From Candidatus Magasanikiibacteriota bacterium (lineage in GTDB: Bacteria > Patescibacteriota > Patescibacteriia > Magasanikbacterales > UBA922), in the NCBI GenBank assembly GCA_016193335.1, contig JACPSK010000001.1, forward strand, positions 175,926 through 239,925: DNA of 64,000 nucleotides, read 5' to 3'. The translations under genes and the position numbers were made by a program. This document shows positions 39,484 through 49,729 of this stretch, in pieces; position 1 is the stretch's first letter, and each line of letters opens with the position of its first letter. The notes under the pieces are model-generated. The model had not been told where the DNA came from and did no database searches. It was given only the letters and a program-made list of their open reading frames with translations.

Positions 39484-40499
39484 AGAGACAGTATGGCTTT
39501 AATGAAGGCATTCTTATCGTTCACCGGTACAATGCGAACTGTTTCGCTTGGTTTAAGTTCATAATGAGCGACACCCACATCGCTCATAATCACCGGCGTC
39601 CCGAGCGCGTGAGCTTCCATGGGCACCAGTCCATAACCTTCCGCGAGACTGGGAAAAAGCACCGCGTCAGCATTACGCAGATACACGGCCGGTGAATACT
39701 GCCAGCCCAAAAATCTTACATGCCGCTTGAGATCAAGAGCCTCAACGCGATTCTCCAAAGCCTGCTTTTGGCTCCCCTTCCCTACGAGGAACAGGCCATA
39801 CTTGGGGTTATGTTTTACGATTTCAAAAAATACATCAAGCAAAAAGAACAAATTTTTGATTGGCTCCATTCTGCCGGCCCACACAAAAATTTTTTCATAA
39901 TCTCCGAATGTTTTCTTTAAATCAGAATCTTCCGCCGCCCTCCCGTATATCTTTGCCAAATTTACGGTCTGCTCTATCGGCCTGATCTTCACCTTGTTCT
40001 CGTCCAAACCCAATTTGCTTAAGCTTTGTTTTATTCGTTCACCCACAACTCTAAGCCTATCCGCTCTCTTCACGATAAAGCGAGCCAGGATATAGCGCAA
40101 AAAATAATTTTTTTTATAATAATCAGAGTCAAAAAAATCTCCGTGAAGTTGTACTTCAAGTGGAACAGCATATTTCTTTTTGAGCAGATAACCCGCCAGC
40201 CCGGTAAAAAAAGGATCCTGAGCGCTCAGTTCTTTGATCTTATTTTTCCTCATAAGTTCAGCGCCGATCCGAAGGAGGCTAAAAAATTGCAGGGCCTTTC
40301 CCCCGCCGGTCGATTGAACATGGACCCTACCACTCAAATCAAACGCTGTTTTTTTTCTGTCAGGAATGAGAATGAATAATTCCTCCGCATTTCCATAAGA
40401 CATCATCCTATTTGCCACGGATGATTGCGGATCCAATATTTCTTTATCCAGACTGATCATTAAAATAGACATAGTGTTATTCATCCCGCCCTTTTCCAA
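39480..40499 (-). CDS. GT4 glycosyltransferase
   Basis: LFPSLAEGYGLVPMEAHALGTPVIMSDVG. Confidence 0.7.
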   Translation of the reverse strand: MEKGGMNNTMSILMISLDKEILDPQSSVANRMMSYGNAEELFILIPDRKKTAFDLSGRVHVQSTGGGKALQFFSLLRIGAELMRKNKIKELSAQDPFFTGLAGYLLKKKYAVPLEVQLHGDFFDSDYYKKNYFLRYILARFIVKRADRLRVVGERIKQSLSKLGLDENKVKIRPIEQTVNLAKIYGRAAEDSDLKKTFGDYEKIFVWAGRMEPIKNLFFLLDVFFEIVKHNPKYGLFLVGKGSQKQALENRVEALDLKRHVRFLGWQYSPAVYLRNADAVLFPSLAEGYGLVPMEAHALGTPVIMSDVGVAHYELKPSETVRIVPVNDKNAFIKAILSL

Positions 40500-41601
40500 A
40501 AAGACGAAGCGTATCCTTGGCCGCTTCTTTAAAACTATAAGTGTAACGCAAGGAGTTCAAAGCCTGTTTTGCTTTTTCATAACCTTCAGGGCTCATAATT
40601 GTTTTTAAAGATTGCTTAATATCTTCAGTCTTGCGCGGATTGAAATGAATGGCCGATTTTAGAACCCAGTCATAACCGATTTCTTCGGATGTTATAAACG
40701 GAGTTTTTGCGGCTATGCAATCAAGCATCGTATTCGGGCTGATATCCGTAAGGCTGGGAAAAACCATGGCATAAGAACGGGCAATACGTTTGGTCAATCC
40801 GTCTCGAGACAGAGCCGGTTCAAATCTGGTATGATTATAGTTTTGACTGCGCGCGTAAGCTTCAAGCTCTGATTTTTGCTCTCCTTCGCCGATAATGACT
40901 AACCCGATTTCTGTCTGGTCAATGGAAGAGAAAGCATCCAAGAGAGGCTTTATATTATTCTTGTTGATAATGCGCCCGGCGCAGAGAATTTCTTTGGATC
41001 TCTGCGCGGTCTGCGCTTCTATAACGGTTTCTGGCAAAGGATTTTCTATAAAAGCCAATTTTCTCTTATCACATCCATAATATCGCACAAATATGTCGGC
41101 CTGGAATCGAGTGGTAAAAACCAAAATATCGGCTCGGCCAAACACCCATTTAATTAAAACAAAACGAAGCCAATCCTTTTGGTATAAACCTTGTTCATAA
41201 TAATCTCTCAGAGCCAAAGCCGCGCCAGTCTTTCCCAAAAATCGTTCCCAGATGAAATCTCCTCCTATGCGGATTGCCATTTTTTTCCTGAGAAACAGAT
41301 TTGCCAAACTTGCCGGAATACCGGCGCTAAAATGATCAAAAGCGTATATATAGTCATACTGTTTACCGATTCGTAACAATGTTTTTGCGTAACGCCAATA
41401 ATTACTGAGAGTACTCGTCCTCTGTATTCTCAAAACACGGAAGGGATAACGCGCATCGTCATCATGCGCTGCCACATTAGAATATGTGAGGATACAGACA
41501 ACATGACCGAGGGCCGCGAATTCCTCGGCTATATTTTTGGCGTAGCAGGCAGGACCTCCGAGTTCTGGCACAAAAATTCCGCTGGCGATGAGTATCTTCA
41601 T
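40477..41601 (-). CDS. GT4 glycosyltransferase
   Basis: An N-terminal block KILIASGIFVPELGGPACYAKN resembles the GT4 N-domain. C-terminal PSLTDISPNTMLDCIAAKTPFITSE block. Confidence 0.65.
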   Translation of the reverse strand: MKILIASGIFVPELGGPACYAKNIAEEFAALGHVVCILTYSNVAAHDDDARYPFRVLRIQRTSTLSNYWRYAKTLLRIGKQYDYIYAFDHFSAGIPASLANLFLRKKMAIRIGGDFIWERFLGKTGAALALRDYYEQGLYQKDWLRFVLIKWVFGRADILVFTTRFQADIFVRYYGCDKRKLAFIENPLPETVIEAQTAQRSKEILCAGRIINKNNIKPLLDAFSSIDQTEIGLVIIGEGEQKSELEAYARSQNYNHTRFEPALSRDGLTKRIARSYAMVFPSLTDISPNTMLDCIAAKTPFITSEEIGYDWVLKSAIHFNPRKTEDIKQSLKTIMSPEGYEKAKQALNSLRYTYSFKEAAKDTLRLFGKGRDE

Positions 41602-42764
41602 AGGTCTCTGCTCGTTTTGTTGAACAATTCTTTCATTTTATACGCGATAATATTCCAATCATAATCCGATACGTGATTTCGGGCGTTTTTAACGCAGTTC
41701 TCACGAAGATCGACATTATCCATAATACGCGCGATAGCCTCTGCCGCTTCTTTGGGTTTCCCGGGACTACACAAAATTCCGGTTACTTCATGTCTCACAA
41801 TGTCCGGGATTCCGCCCACGGAAGTGGCCACTACCGGGATGCCGGCGGCCATGGCTTCAAGAAATACATTGCCAAGTCCTTCTGAACGCGACAAGCGACA
41901 AAAAACATCCGAAGAGGCGTAGAGACGGGGCAAGGATTCATGGGCGACATTGCCCAAAAAGAAAACTCGTTCACTGCATTTAAGATCCTTGCTCAATCTC
42001 TCCAAGGCAGCTCTTTCTTTTCCCGATCCTGCCACAATCAGCTTATATTGAAACGGCAAAAAGGCCAGGGCCCTGATCAGAGTATCCACTCCATTCTTCC
42101 GAGCCAAACGTGAAACCGTGAGGATCGTTCGATCATCCGGAGATACGGCACAGCCAAATTCATTCTTCAAAACAGCCACACGGGCAGAGGGATCCCGGGG
42201 TATCTGGAATCTCTTTGATTGCGCCAGGTCAACTCCATTGGGAATCAGCGCAGATATTTTTCCCCCAAAACCCATAATTCTACCCCACTCAAGCAAATAA
42301 CCGCTTATGGCCTGGAGGGCGCTCGCTCGTCTGAATATCTGCTTAAACCAAGGCCAGAGAAACCAAACTCGGGAATATATATGCGCCCTGCTGTCGCCTT
42401 CTTGCAAAGTCAACAAAAAAGGAATTTCGGGATTCTGTTTTTTGTATCTCAGAGCGGCAAAACCTCCGTAACTTGCCATGATAGCCCATATTACAGAAAA
42501 ATGACCAAGCCTTCTCACGTATTTTGCGCCTCCGAAAACCAAACGAAACTTATCAAAAAAATTCCCCTTCCCCATTCTATGAATTTCCACATTTCCTCTC
42601 TGTTCAATGATGGGAAATGTTTTATCCAAGCGAGCCGTAATAAGCACAAACTCAAAATCAAAAATCCGATCTGTTATCTCTTTTACCGCGATTTCTGCCC
42701 CGCCCAGCATCGGAAGATAGGCCGTGGAAAAAATAAGTATCTTCTGTTTCATAACATAATTCAC
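41598..42764 (-). CDS. GT4 glycosyltransferase
   Basis: VFCRLSRSEGLGNVFLEAMAAGIPVVATSVGGIPDIV (E-x7-E). Confidence 0.7.
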   Translation of the reverse strand: MNYVMKQKILIFSTAYLPMLGGAEIAVKEITDRIFDFEFVLITARLDKTFPIIEQRGNVEIHRMGKGNFFDKFRLVFGGAKYVRRLGHFSVIWAIMASYGGFAALRYKKQNPEIPFLLTLQEGDSRAHIYSRVWFLWPWFKQIFRRASALQAISGYLLEWGRIMGFGGKISALIPNGVDLAQSKRFQIPRDPSARVAVLKNEFGCAVSPDDRTILTVSRLARKNGVDTLIRALAFLPFQYKLIVAGSGKERAALERLSKDLKCSERVFFLGNVAHESLPRLYASSDVFCRLSRSEGLGNVFLEAMAAGIPVVATSVGGIPDIVRHEVTGILCSPGKPKEAAEAIARIMDNVDLRENCVKNARNHVSDYDWNIIAYKMKELFNKTSRDL

Positions 42765-42839
42765 AGCAGATTTAATCCTCTTATTCAGGCTATGGCCAAA
42801 AATACGAAGCTCGTCTGAAAAAGATACATCCGAGCCGGT

Positions 42840-43784
42840 TTATCCAAACAAGCGCTTCTTAAAATCCGCTATGGTTTTCTCCAAGCCCTGGTCCAGAGAG
42901 ATTGTCGGCTTCCAGGCCAAACGTTCTCCTGCCAGATCTATGTTCGGCTGTCTTTGTTTCGGGTCATCCTCCGGAAGATCCCGATACACGAGCCTGCTCG
43001 AAGAGCCAATGGCAAGAATAATTTTTTCCGCTAGTTCTTTAATCGTAAATTCAGAAGGATTGCCAAGATTGACCGGCCCGAGGAAAGAAGCCTCGGTTTC
43101 CATCATTTTGACAAGTCCCCCCACCAAATCGTCCACATAACAAAAACTTCTGGTCTGAGAGCCATCGCCGTAAATCGTAATATCTTCCCCTTTGAGGGCT
43201 TGCAAGATAAAATTCGACACCACGCGGCCGTCATTAAAGGTCATCCGGGGCCCATAGGTATTGAATATACGTACGACTTTTATTTCCATGCCGTGCATCC
43301 GATGATAATCAAAACACAGAGTCTCAGCGCAACGCTTGCCCTCGTCATAGCAAGCTCTCGGCCCGATGATACTTACATTCCCTCTGTAAGCTTCGGTCTG
43401 CGGATGAACTTCCGGGTCTCCATATACTTCGGAGGTGGACGCTTGCAAGAGCCTTGCTTTATGTTTTCTCGAAAAACCCAAAACATTAATCATGCCTATA
43501 GTGTTGGCTTTGATGGTACGCACCGGATTTTTCTGGTAATGAATGGGGCTCGCGGGGCAGGCTAAATTATATACCTGATCTATATGCTCTTGGATTTCAA
43601 AAGGTTCAATAATGTCTTTCGGCAAAAAATGAAATCGCGGATTATCAAGAAGCCGCGTTATATTTTCTTTCCCGCCGGTAAACAAATTATCAAGACAATA
43701 TACTTCATGTTCTTTATCCAAAAGCCGTTCACACAAATGAGAACCTATAAAGCCCGCGCCGCCGGTTACCATTATCTGAGACAT
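42840..43784 (-). CDS. uxs: UDP-glucuronate decarboxylase (UDP-xylose synthase)
   Basis: [40 protein letters not shown] and [15 protein letters not shown] blocks are characteristic of UXS/ArnA-C-type decarboxylases. Confidence 0.75.
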   Translation of the reverse strand: MSQIMVTGGAGFIGSHLCERLLDKEHEVYCLDNLFTGGKENITRLLDNPRFHFLPKDIIEPFEIQEHIDQVYNLACPASPIHYQKNPVRTIKANTIGMINVLGFSRKHKARLLQASTSEVYGDPEVHPQTEAYRGNVSIIGPRACYDEGKRCAETLCFDYHRMHGMEIKVVRIFNTYGPRMTFNDGRVVSNFILQALKGEDITIYGDGSQTRSFCYVDDLVGGLVKMMETEASFLGPVNLGNPSEFTIKELAEKIILAIGSSSRLVYRDLPEDDPKQRQPNIDLAGERLAWKPTISLDQGLEKTIADFKKRLFG

Positions 43785-43874
43785 AAAGATATGAAAATTT
43801 ATCGCTCTGTTTAGAGAAAAAATGATAAAAAAAACACATATTCATAATACCCCAAATAAGCCGTCCCGTCAATC

Positions 43875-43910
43875 AAAAACCCGCCGATTTTATGTCACAA
43901 GCGGGTTTTA
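43875..43910 (-). terminator. Candidate intrinsic terminator downstream of the decayed fibre gene
   Basis: AAAAACCCGC-16 nt-GCGGGTTTT. On the minus strand the stem is followed by TTTTTGATT. Confidence 0.45.
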
Positions 43911-43930
43911 ATAAGTCCGATAATATTCCC

Positions 43931-45250
43931 TTACAGGATGGCGGGGCAGGTTACCACAGAACCGAGTACAACTCCGTTTTGAACCGTTATAGAGGTGCAA
44001 GCGGTCGCGTCATCAGAGTCGTGCATTATTATTTCAGGTCCGCCGGTGCCACCATCATAAATCATGAGCGTTGTGCTACCGGTGGTATTTTTTATGGTAC
44101 TCGTGGCAGAATGCACAGTGCCGGACGCGTGCACGTCATTCCAAGAAAAAGTTGGACCTGTAAAAGAACCCCATTCACCGATATCAAAACTATTGTTAAG
44201 GGCAGGTCTCAGAAAACCGCTGAAAGAAGCGGAGTTTATATCTATGTCCACCGAGCCTCCACCGGTTTGCCCGAATGTAACGTTTCCAAAAAAAGTGGTC
44301 GCTCCGGTAACTCCCAAGGTGGAACTTACATTCACAAAACCGTCAACAGATAAATTATTCCCTACATTCAGGTTCCCAGAGTTAGTTTTTGCTCCCGTGT
44401 TATTCACAGTCCCGAGCCAAACGGTGCCGCTGGAATACATATCACCCCAGGCAAACCCATAGGCTCCAAAGTCACCGGCGTCATTGCCGGATGGCATAAG
44501 AAAATCTACAGAGGTCATCGTAGAACTTACATAATCCAAGAACGCGGTGCTGGACGCGTAGATATTTTTTGCCGCTTTGCCAAAACTACCGAAACTGGCG
44601 CGATTATTTACGGTCAGCAAAACACCATCTCTAAGGAGTATGCATGGTGCTCGTTACATAATCCAAAAAGGCCGTACTCGATGCATAAATATTGCCAAGC
44701 GCGTTGCCATAAGCGCCAATGCCAACCGAATTGTTCGAACCGAGAAGCACCGTGCCATTTATGGTCAAGGCCGTACTGCTTACATAATCCAGAAAGGCCG
44801 TACTCGATGCGTAGATGTTGTCGAGGGCATTGCTATAAGCGCCAATGTCCACTGTTTTGTTTGATCCCAAAAGCACGGAACCGTTTATGCTTAGTGCAGT
44901 CGAACTTACATAATCCAGAAAGGCGGTGCTGGACGCGTAGATGTTGTTATACGAGAGAGAATATGAACCCAAATCAACCGTGTTGTTGGCATTCGGATCC
45001 AAATCTCCTGCCAAACGCGCGGTAACCGTGAGGCTGTCGCTCGTGGCATTGCCAATGGTAGTACTGCCTTCTATACTCAAGGCCGAGCTTAAAGTGGTGT
45101 TTCCTATTACGTCAAGCGTGCCACCTATACAGATACATCATTGCCCACAGTCGTCACAGCAAGGGACGATTCAGAAATCAAGAACGACAAAACCACAATA
45201 AATAAAAATCCCAAACAGGCGAATTCTATTCTAAAAAGTGGTCTTGCCAT
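43931..45250 (-). pseudogene. Frameshifted paralog of the secreted phage-tail-fibre-repeat protein (47446..49158)
   Basis: From the ATG at 45250 the reading is MARPLFRIEFACLGFLFIVVLSFLISESSLAVTTVGNDVSV, then a stop. This is a signal peptide plus the same TTVGN(N/D)VSV start as the 570-aa protein. The repeat protein continues in two other frames (ORFs 44631..45080 and 43931..44620). Confidence 0.6.
44640..44990. repeat. Three tandem 114-bp (38-aa) coding repeats
   Basis: CTTACATAATCCAGAAAGGCCGTACTCGATGC... recurs at about 44660, 44775 and 44895. The protein repeat is D.GAYSNAL.NIYASSTAFLDYVSSTAL.ING.VLLGSN. Confidence 0.55.
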
Positions 45251-45314
45251 ATTTTTTCTAAATATAAAAAATATAATTAATTGATGAACAAAAAAATAAA
45301 ACTTTCTATCCCAC

Positions 45315-45764
45315 CTAATTCGCAGATTCCGAATATAACCTTACAATATCAACAATTTTATCCGCCACCGCATCGTATATTATAACTCCATGAGGATAAT
45401 AAAGCAATTTATCTCCGTTTTTCACATATTGAAAATATATGGGATTTTGCTCATGCAAGCTGGACGCGTCAAGCACCGTAGCCACCGTAATTTTCCCCTC
45501 AGGGAAAAGCATATGACGTGAGACAGCTTGTACCACAAGATCCGCCTCAGAACCTGATCCTGTTGTGTCTTCTGCAGGCTCTGTAGCCTCTGTTTGTCTG
45601 CTTTTCAAAAAATCTTGAGAGTTTTCTTGAAAAGGTACCTTTGCTTTGTCCTCAACACCGCGATCAAGCATATACCAGGCCAAAATTACGACTACCAAAA
45701 AACTGATGAGAGACACTGTAACAGAGCCGTACAAAATCCTTTTCTGATTCAAATTCTGATTCAT
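45315..45764 (-). CDS. Small type-II membrane-anchored protein, family copy 2 (paralog of 49262..49729)
   Basis: An N-terminal TM helix, then the conserved C-domain VQAVSRHMLFPEGKITVATVLDASSL...NPIYFQYVKNGDKLLYY...IVDIVRL, shared with 49262..49768. Confidence 0.55.
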   Translation of the reverse strand: MNQNLNQKRILYGSVTVSLISFLVVVILAWYMLDRGVEDKAKVPFQENSQDFLKSRQTEATEPAEDTTGSGSEADLVVQAVSRHMLFPEGKITVATVLDASSLHEQNPIYFQYVKNGDKLLYYPHGVIIYDAVADKIVDIVRLYSESAN

Positions 45765-46006
45765 ACATTCGCTTCCTAAAAATTTAAACTTTCAGAAGAA
45801 CAGGCATATTATAGATCTTTTTCTATGCCTAGTACATCCTTATTTGTGTACAAATATAAGTCTACCTCTTCACAACATATTTTGAAAATCCTACGAAGTC
45901 AGCCCGCTTCGCTGCTTTGCCGACTTGAGTCCTGACTGAAAAAATTGTCAATAAAACAAGCCCCTGAATCCAGAGGCCTGTAATATCCGATAGAGCTTTT
46001 TGATTT

Positions 46007-47404
46007 TTACAGTCCGCTCAAAACAGCTCCTTCGCTATATGTTTCAGAGTCTTTCAAAGTAACTATCCGGTCCCAGCGATATTTCAATTTTTTGAATGTT
46101 TGTTCGTCCTTTATATGACGCTTTATCTGTTTGCTGGAATCAGCCGGATCCGGTTCAAGACGATAAACCTTGGAAGAACCTTTATATTTAACCAAAGTAT
46201 AATTCGGATGATGATCCGTATAACTTATCTCTGACCCGACTTTATATTTGTCGAGCAAGGCGCCATCTATGTCTTCAATCCAATCCCATTTATAACTGAG
46301 ATCATTAAATACTTTTTCAGAATTTATCCAATATTTATCAGGACCCAGAAGCAAGTATACTTTAGGATCTGTGACGATTTTTGCCAAGGCTCCGTATTTT
46401 GGATCGTAGAGAGGCCCCCATGGCATGAAACCCAGCGAATCATTAGTGATACTGTCCAATTTCGCTTTCGTGGTCGTCATGACACTGCTCCATCCGGTGA
46501 GATAGCTGAAAAATTTATCCGGACTGCTGAAAGGTCTTTTGGTACAGTTTTCAGTTACATAGTAAACAGCGGGTGACGCGGAATGTTTGTAAGCTTTTTT
46601 CAGAGCCAAAGCACACTCTTTCTTGCCGCCAGCTGCCAATTCTGAGAATTGCAGTTTTGGATTGCCTTTTTCATCCAAACCGTAATAGGTTACTCTCAAA
46701 TCCGCTTTGCCATTGCCATCACTGTCTATATCTTTCGAAGCACCTTTATCAAGGGTAACACTCACCGGTTTTGACTCTATCACCATGCTGATAGTGCTTT
46801 CCGTGGCGCTTGAAACAGTAACCGTGTGAGAGCTGGATCCTACACTTATTGATGTGGGAGAGCTGACACTTACTGAAACAGTAACCGGAATTCCTACGGG
46901 AGCTGGAGCTTCAGCGGCCGGGGCAGGAGCTTCAGCCTCAGCCTCAGGAGCCGGAGCCGGAGCCGGGCTAGCGCCCGGGCCTGATCCACCTCCGCCACCT
47001 CCGCCGCCCCCACTACTACCCGCGCCTGAGCTCGCCGTACAGGTGGTCTGAGGAGTTACCGTAATGGTCTGAGAATCAATATCATTGGTACAAAGAATCG
47101 TGAGCTTAGATGTTGAGGCGCAGGTTATCGTTTTTTCACCGCAGGTATTGCTCGATAAGCCAAATCCGTCTCCATTGGCTGAAGTGATCTCCACCACAGA
47201 GCCGGTAGCCACGGTAAACACTACATTATCTGTATTAACCGTGTAAGACTCCACGCGGGTGGCATTGGTAAGCGTATAGGTGTGTCCTGTGCCCGCGCTC
47301 AAACTTACGGTTGTAGTCCCATCATGCGTGACCGTGTTAAAGGCTCCAAGCGCCGCGGCGGGTACGAGGAGAAAAACCGCGATAATTGTGAATACTTTAT
47401 GCAT
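46007..47404 (-). CDS. Secreted protein with poly-Gly and Pro/Ala/Glu-rich linker, C-terminal domain of unknown function
   Basis: Signal peptide MHKVFTIIAVFLLVPAAALGA. Low-complexity segments GGGGGGGGGS and PAPAPAPEAEAEAPAPAAEAPAP. The C-terminal domain of about 270 aa has no motif I can name. Confidence 0.55.
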   Translation of the reverse strand: MHKVFTIIAVFLLVPAAALGAFNTVTHDGTTTVSLSAGTGHTYTLTNATRVESYTVNTDNVVFTVATGSVVEITSANGDGFGLSSNTCGEKTITCASTSKLTILCTNDIDSQTITVTPQTTCTASSGAGSSGGGGGGGGGSGPGASPAPAPAPEAEAEAPAPAAEAPAPVGIPVTVSVSVSSPTSISVGSSSHTVTVSSATESTISMVIESKPVSVTLDKGASKDIDSDGNGKADLRVTYYGLDEKGNPKLQFSELAAGGKKECALALKKAYKHSASPAVYYVTENCTKRPFSSPDKFFSYLTGWSSVMTTTKAKLDSITNDSLGFMPWGPLYDPKYGALAKIVTDPKVYLLLGPDKYWINSEKVFNDLSYKWDWIEDIDGALLDKYKVGSEISYTDHHPNYTLVKYKGSSKVYRLEPDPADSSKQIKRHIKDEQTFKKLKYRWDRIVTLKDSETYSEGAVLSGL

Positions 47405-47445
47405 AATGCTTTTTGTTTTGCTTGGGTTATACTTCAACTACCGGA

Positions 47446-49158
47446 CTAGAAATCACATGGATAGGTCCCGCTTGATACCGTCGAAGTGACAAACTCTCCA
47501 TTCACACCGAAAGAAAAATTTATACAGCCGCTTCCATCGCTTTTTTCCATTATGATGGCCGCTCCGAGCGAAGCTTTGCCCGAACCCATCACCAAATTGG
47601 AAACAGCCACAGAATTAACAAGAGTGGAAGTTGTCATATAGACTGTTCCTGAAGCGACGAGATCATTAAACGCCGCTCCGGCGCCGGCGCCGGAAACCAA
47701 GACACCGACATCATAGGTGTTATGTGTCCCCGGAGCTACTGAAGAAGCAACTCCTCCGTTAAAGGTAATAGTATCAGCGCCTGAATCTCCAAGAGTCACA
47801 TTGCCGTCTGCGCTCAGCACACCTGCCCAGAGAGTACCGGAAGAGAAAACATCATTCCAAGCGTTGCTGAACGCGCCGAGATCAAGATCATTGTTTGCAG
47901 TCGGTTCGAGTCTGCTTGCAAAACGAGAGTTGAGATAAATGGTATCAGACGTAGTGGCATTGCCCAGAGTTGTATTGCCGCCAAACCAGCCGGTGCCGTC
48001 TACCGCGAGGTTGTTGCCAACGCTCAAATCACCGGCACTGGTGCCAAGAGTGGCTACGTCTACGGTGCCGAGAACGATGGTGTTGGAAGCGAAAATGTCC
48101 CTCCAAGCTCCACCGTATTCTCCGGAGTCATACAAATTATTACCCACCGGTACCACAGTACCCGTAATGTCAGCGGCTCCAAACAAAGTCAAAGTACCGC
48201 TTGCAGAGCTATTCCCGATGGTGGTATTTCCGTAAAGCTGTGAAGTCCCATCAACAGCGAAATTATTACCCACACTCAAATCTCCGGCAGCGGTGCCAAG
48301 AGTAGCTAAGTTAACAGTGCCAAGCACGATAGTATTCGAAGCGAAAAGGTCATTCCAGGCGTTTGAATAGGCGCCAAGATCATTTCCATTGTTATCAGTG
48401 GGCTGAACTGACCCGGCCACACGAGCGTTGAGATACAATACATCTGTGGTAGTGGCGTCCCCAACAGTCAAGTTGTTTGAAATGGTAACGCTTGAACTCC
48501 ATACTGCCAAAGTGCCTACATACAAAGTCCCGGAAACATACAGATCTTTCCAAGCATTTGAGTAGGCGCCAAGATCATTTCCATTGTTATCAGTGGGCTG
48601 AACTGACCCGGCCACACGAGCGTTGAGATAAATGGTATCAGAAGTAGTGGCATTACCAAGAGTAGTGTTGCCGCCAAACCAGCCGGTGCCGTCTACCGCG
48701 AGGTTGTTGCCAACGCTCAAATCACCGGCACTGGTGCCAAGAGTGGCTACGTCTACGGTGCCGAGAACGATGGTGTTGGAAGCAAAGAGATCGTTCCATC
48801 CTGAACCATAAGCTCCGAGGTCATAGGTGTTGTGAGTGCTCGGCAAAACATTACTTGCCACGTCAGCGGTTATTGTAACCGTGTCGCTGGCAGAATCTCC
48901 GATGGTCGAGTTCCCGTTCAGGGTTGTAGCCCCAGTCACGGTTGTGGCTCCGGTAACGTCGAGCGTACCTCCAAAGGTTGCAGCCCCAGTGATGGTTGTA
49001 ACTCCGGTTACGTCGAGTGTGCCTCCAACAGAGACATTATTACCGACTGTAGTCGCGGCTTTGGAACTGCTTGGAGCGAACAGCAGAGCAACCGCTATAC
49101 CCAGTCCTGCGTAGAGAAGCAACATTCGTGCCTCTCTCCAACTTAGTGATTCAGACAT
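47446..49158 (-). CDS. Secreted beta-rich repeat protein with phage-tail-fibre-like repeats
   Basis: Signal peptide. Recurring DLGAYSNAW(N/K)DL(F/Y)AS.T..LGTV units resemble the LG....W..+Y phage tail-fibre repeat. The C-terminus has two cysteines (GSGCINF...YPCDF). Confidence 0.65.
   Translation of the reverse strand: MSESLSWREARMLLLYAGLGIAVALLFAPSSSKAATTVGNNVSVGGTLDVTGVTTITGAATFGGTLDVTGATTVTGATTLNGNSTIGDSASDTVTITADVASNVLPSTHNTYDLGAYGSGWNDLFASNTIVLGTVDVATLGTSAGDLSVGNNLAVDGTGWFGGNTTLGNATTSDTIYLNARVAGSVQPTDNNGNDLGAYSNAWKDLYVSGTLYVGTLAVWSSSVTISNNLTVGDATTTDVLYLNARVAGSVQPTDNNGNDLGAYSNAWNDLFASNTIVLGTVNLATLGTAAGDLSVGNNFAVDGTSQLYGNTTIGNSSASGTLTLFGAADITGTVVPVGNNLYDSGEYGGAWRDIFASNTIVLGTVDVATLGTSAGDLSVGNNLAVDGTGWFGGNTTLGNATTSDTIYLNSRFASRLEPTANNDLDLGAFSNAWNDVFSSGTLWAGVLSADGNVTLGDSGADTITFNGGVASSVAPGTHNTYDVGVLVSGAGAGAAFNDLVASGTVYMTTSTLVNSVAVSNLVMGSGKASLGAAIIMEKSDGSGCINFSFGVNGEFVTSTVSSGTYPCDF
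47961..48110. repeat. Intragenic direct repeat, copy A (about 150 bp)
   Basis: Near-identical to 48641..48790. It encodes IFASNTIVLGTVDVATLGTSAGDLSVGNNLAVDGTGWFGGNTTLGNATTSDTIYLN. Confidence 0.7.
48641..48790. repeat. Intragenic direct repeat, copy B (about 150 bp)
   Basis: Near-identical to 47961..48110. A second shorter pair lies at about 48378..48445 and 48572..48640. Confidence 0.7.
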
Positions 49159-49261
49159 AATGTACTATATTTTACCTATGTATTTAAAAGTAACATAGGT
49201 TTTAATTTATAAATAAATGTAAATTTCTCAGAGAATAGGAACCCTTATTTCTTCGACCACA

Positions 49262-49729
49262 TTATTCGGTAGTCTTCTTGGATCCTGGTCCAGTAACCAC
49301 TTGCTCAGGAAATAACCTTATAACATCCACAATAATATCTTGCTCCAAATCGTACACAATCAGACCCAAAGCGTAGCGTATAATTTTATCCCCATTCTTA
49401 ACGAACTGAAAATATAATGGATTCCTGGAACGGAGCAAATCCGCGTCCGTAACGGTTACGACCGTAACATCGCTTTGAGGAAGCATAATATGTTTAGAGA
49501 CCTTCTGAACCACTTCCACTACCTCGGATTGTTGATTGTTTGCTGAAGCCTTATCTATATTTAGACCTTCTGCGTTTTTTGCAGGTCCTGCGCCATCCGG
49601 TTTCACGTCTCCCTTGTCAAAAACATACCAAGCAAGTATCAAAACAATCGATAAAGCTAAAAAAGACAACAAAATTGAGGCATACGAAAAAGATTTTTCA
49701 CCCGTAAGATGAAGTCCTTGTTTCTTCAT
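49262..49729 (-). CDS. Small type-II membrane-anchored protein, family copy 1
   Basis: An N-terminal TM helix, then the domain VQKVSKHIMLPQSDVTVVTVTDADLLRSRNPLYFQFVKNGDKIIRY...IVDVIRL. It lies immediately upstream (minus strand) of the fibre-repeat gene. Confidence 0.55.
   Translation of the reverse strand: MKKQGLHLTGEKSFSYASILLSFLALSIVLILAWYVFDKGDVKPDGAGPAKNAEGLNIDKASANNQQSEVVEVVQKVSKHIMLPQSDVTVVTVTDADLLRSRNPLYFQFVKNGDKIIRYALGLIVYDLEQDIIVDVIRLFPEQVVTGPGSKKTTE

Noticed and set aside
44640-48790. The repeats as a CRISPR array.
   Set aside because: They are in-frame coding repeats with 114-150-bp units inside protein genes. There are no short regular spacers.
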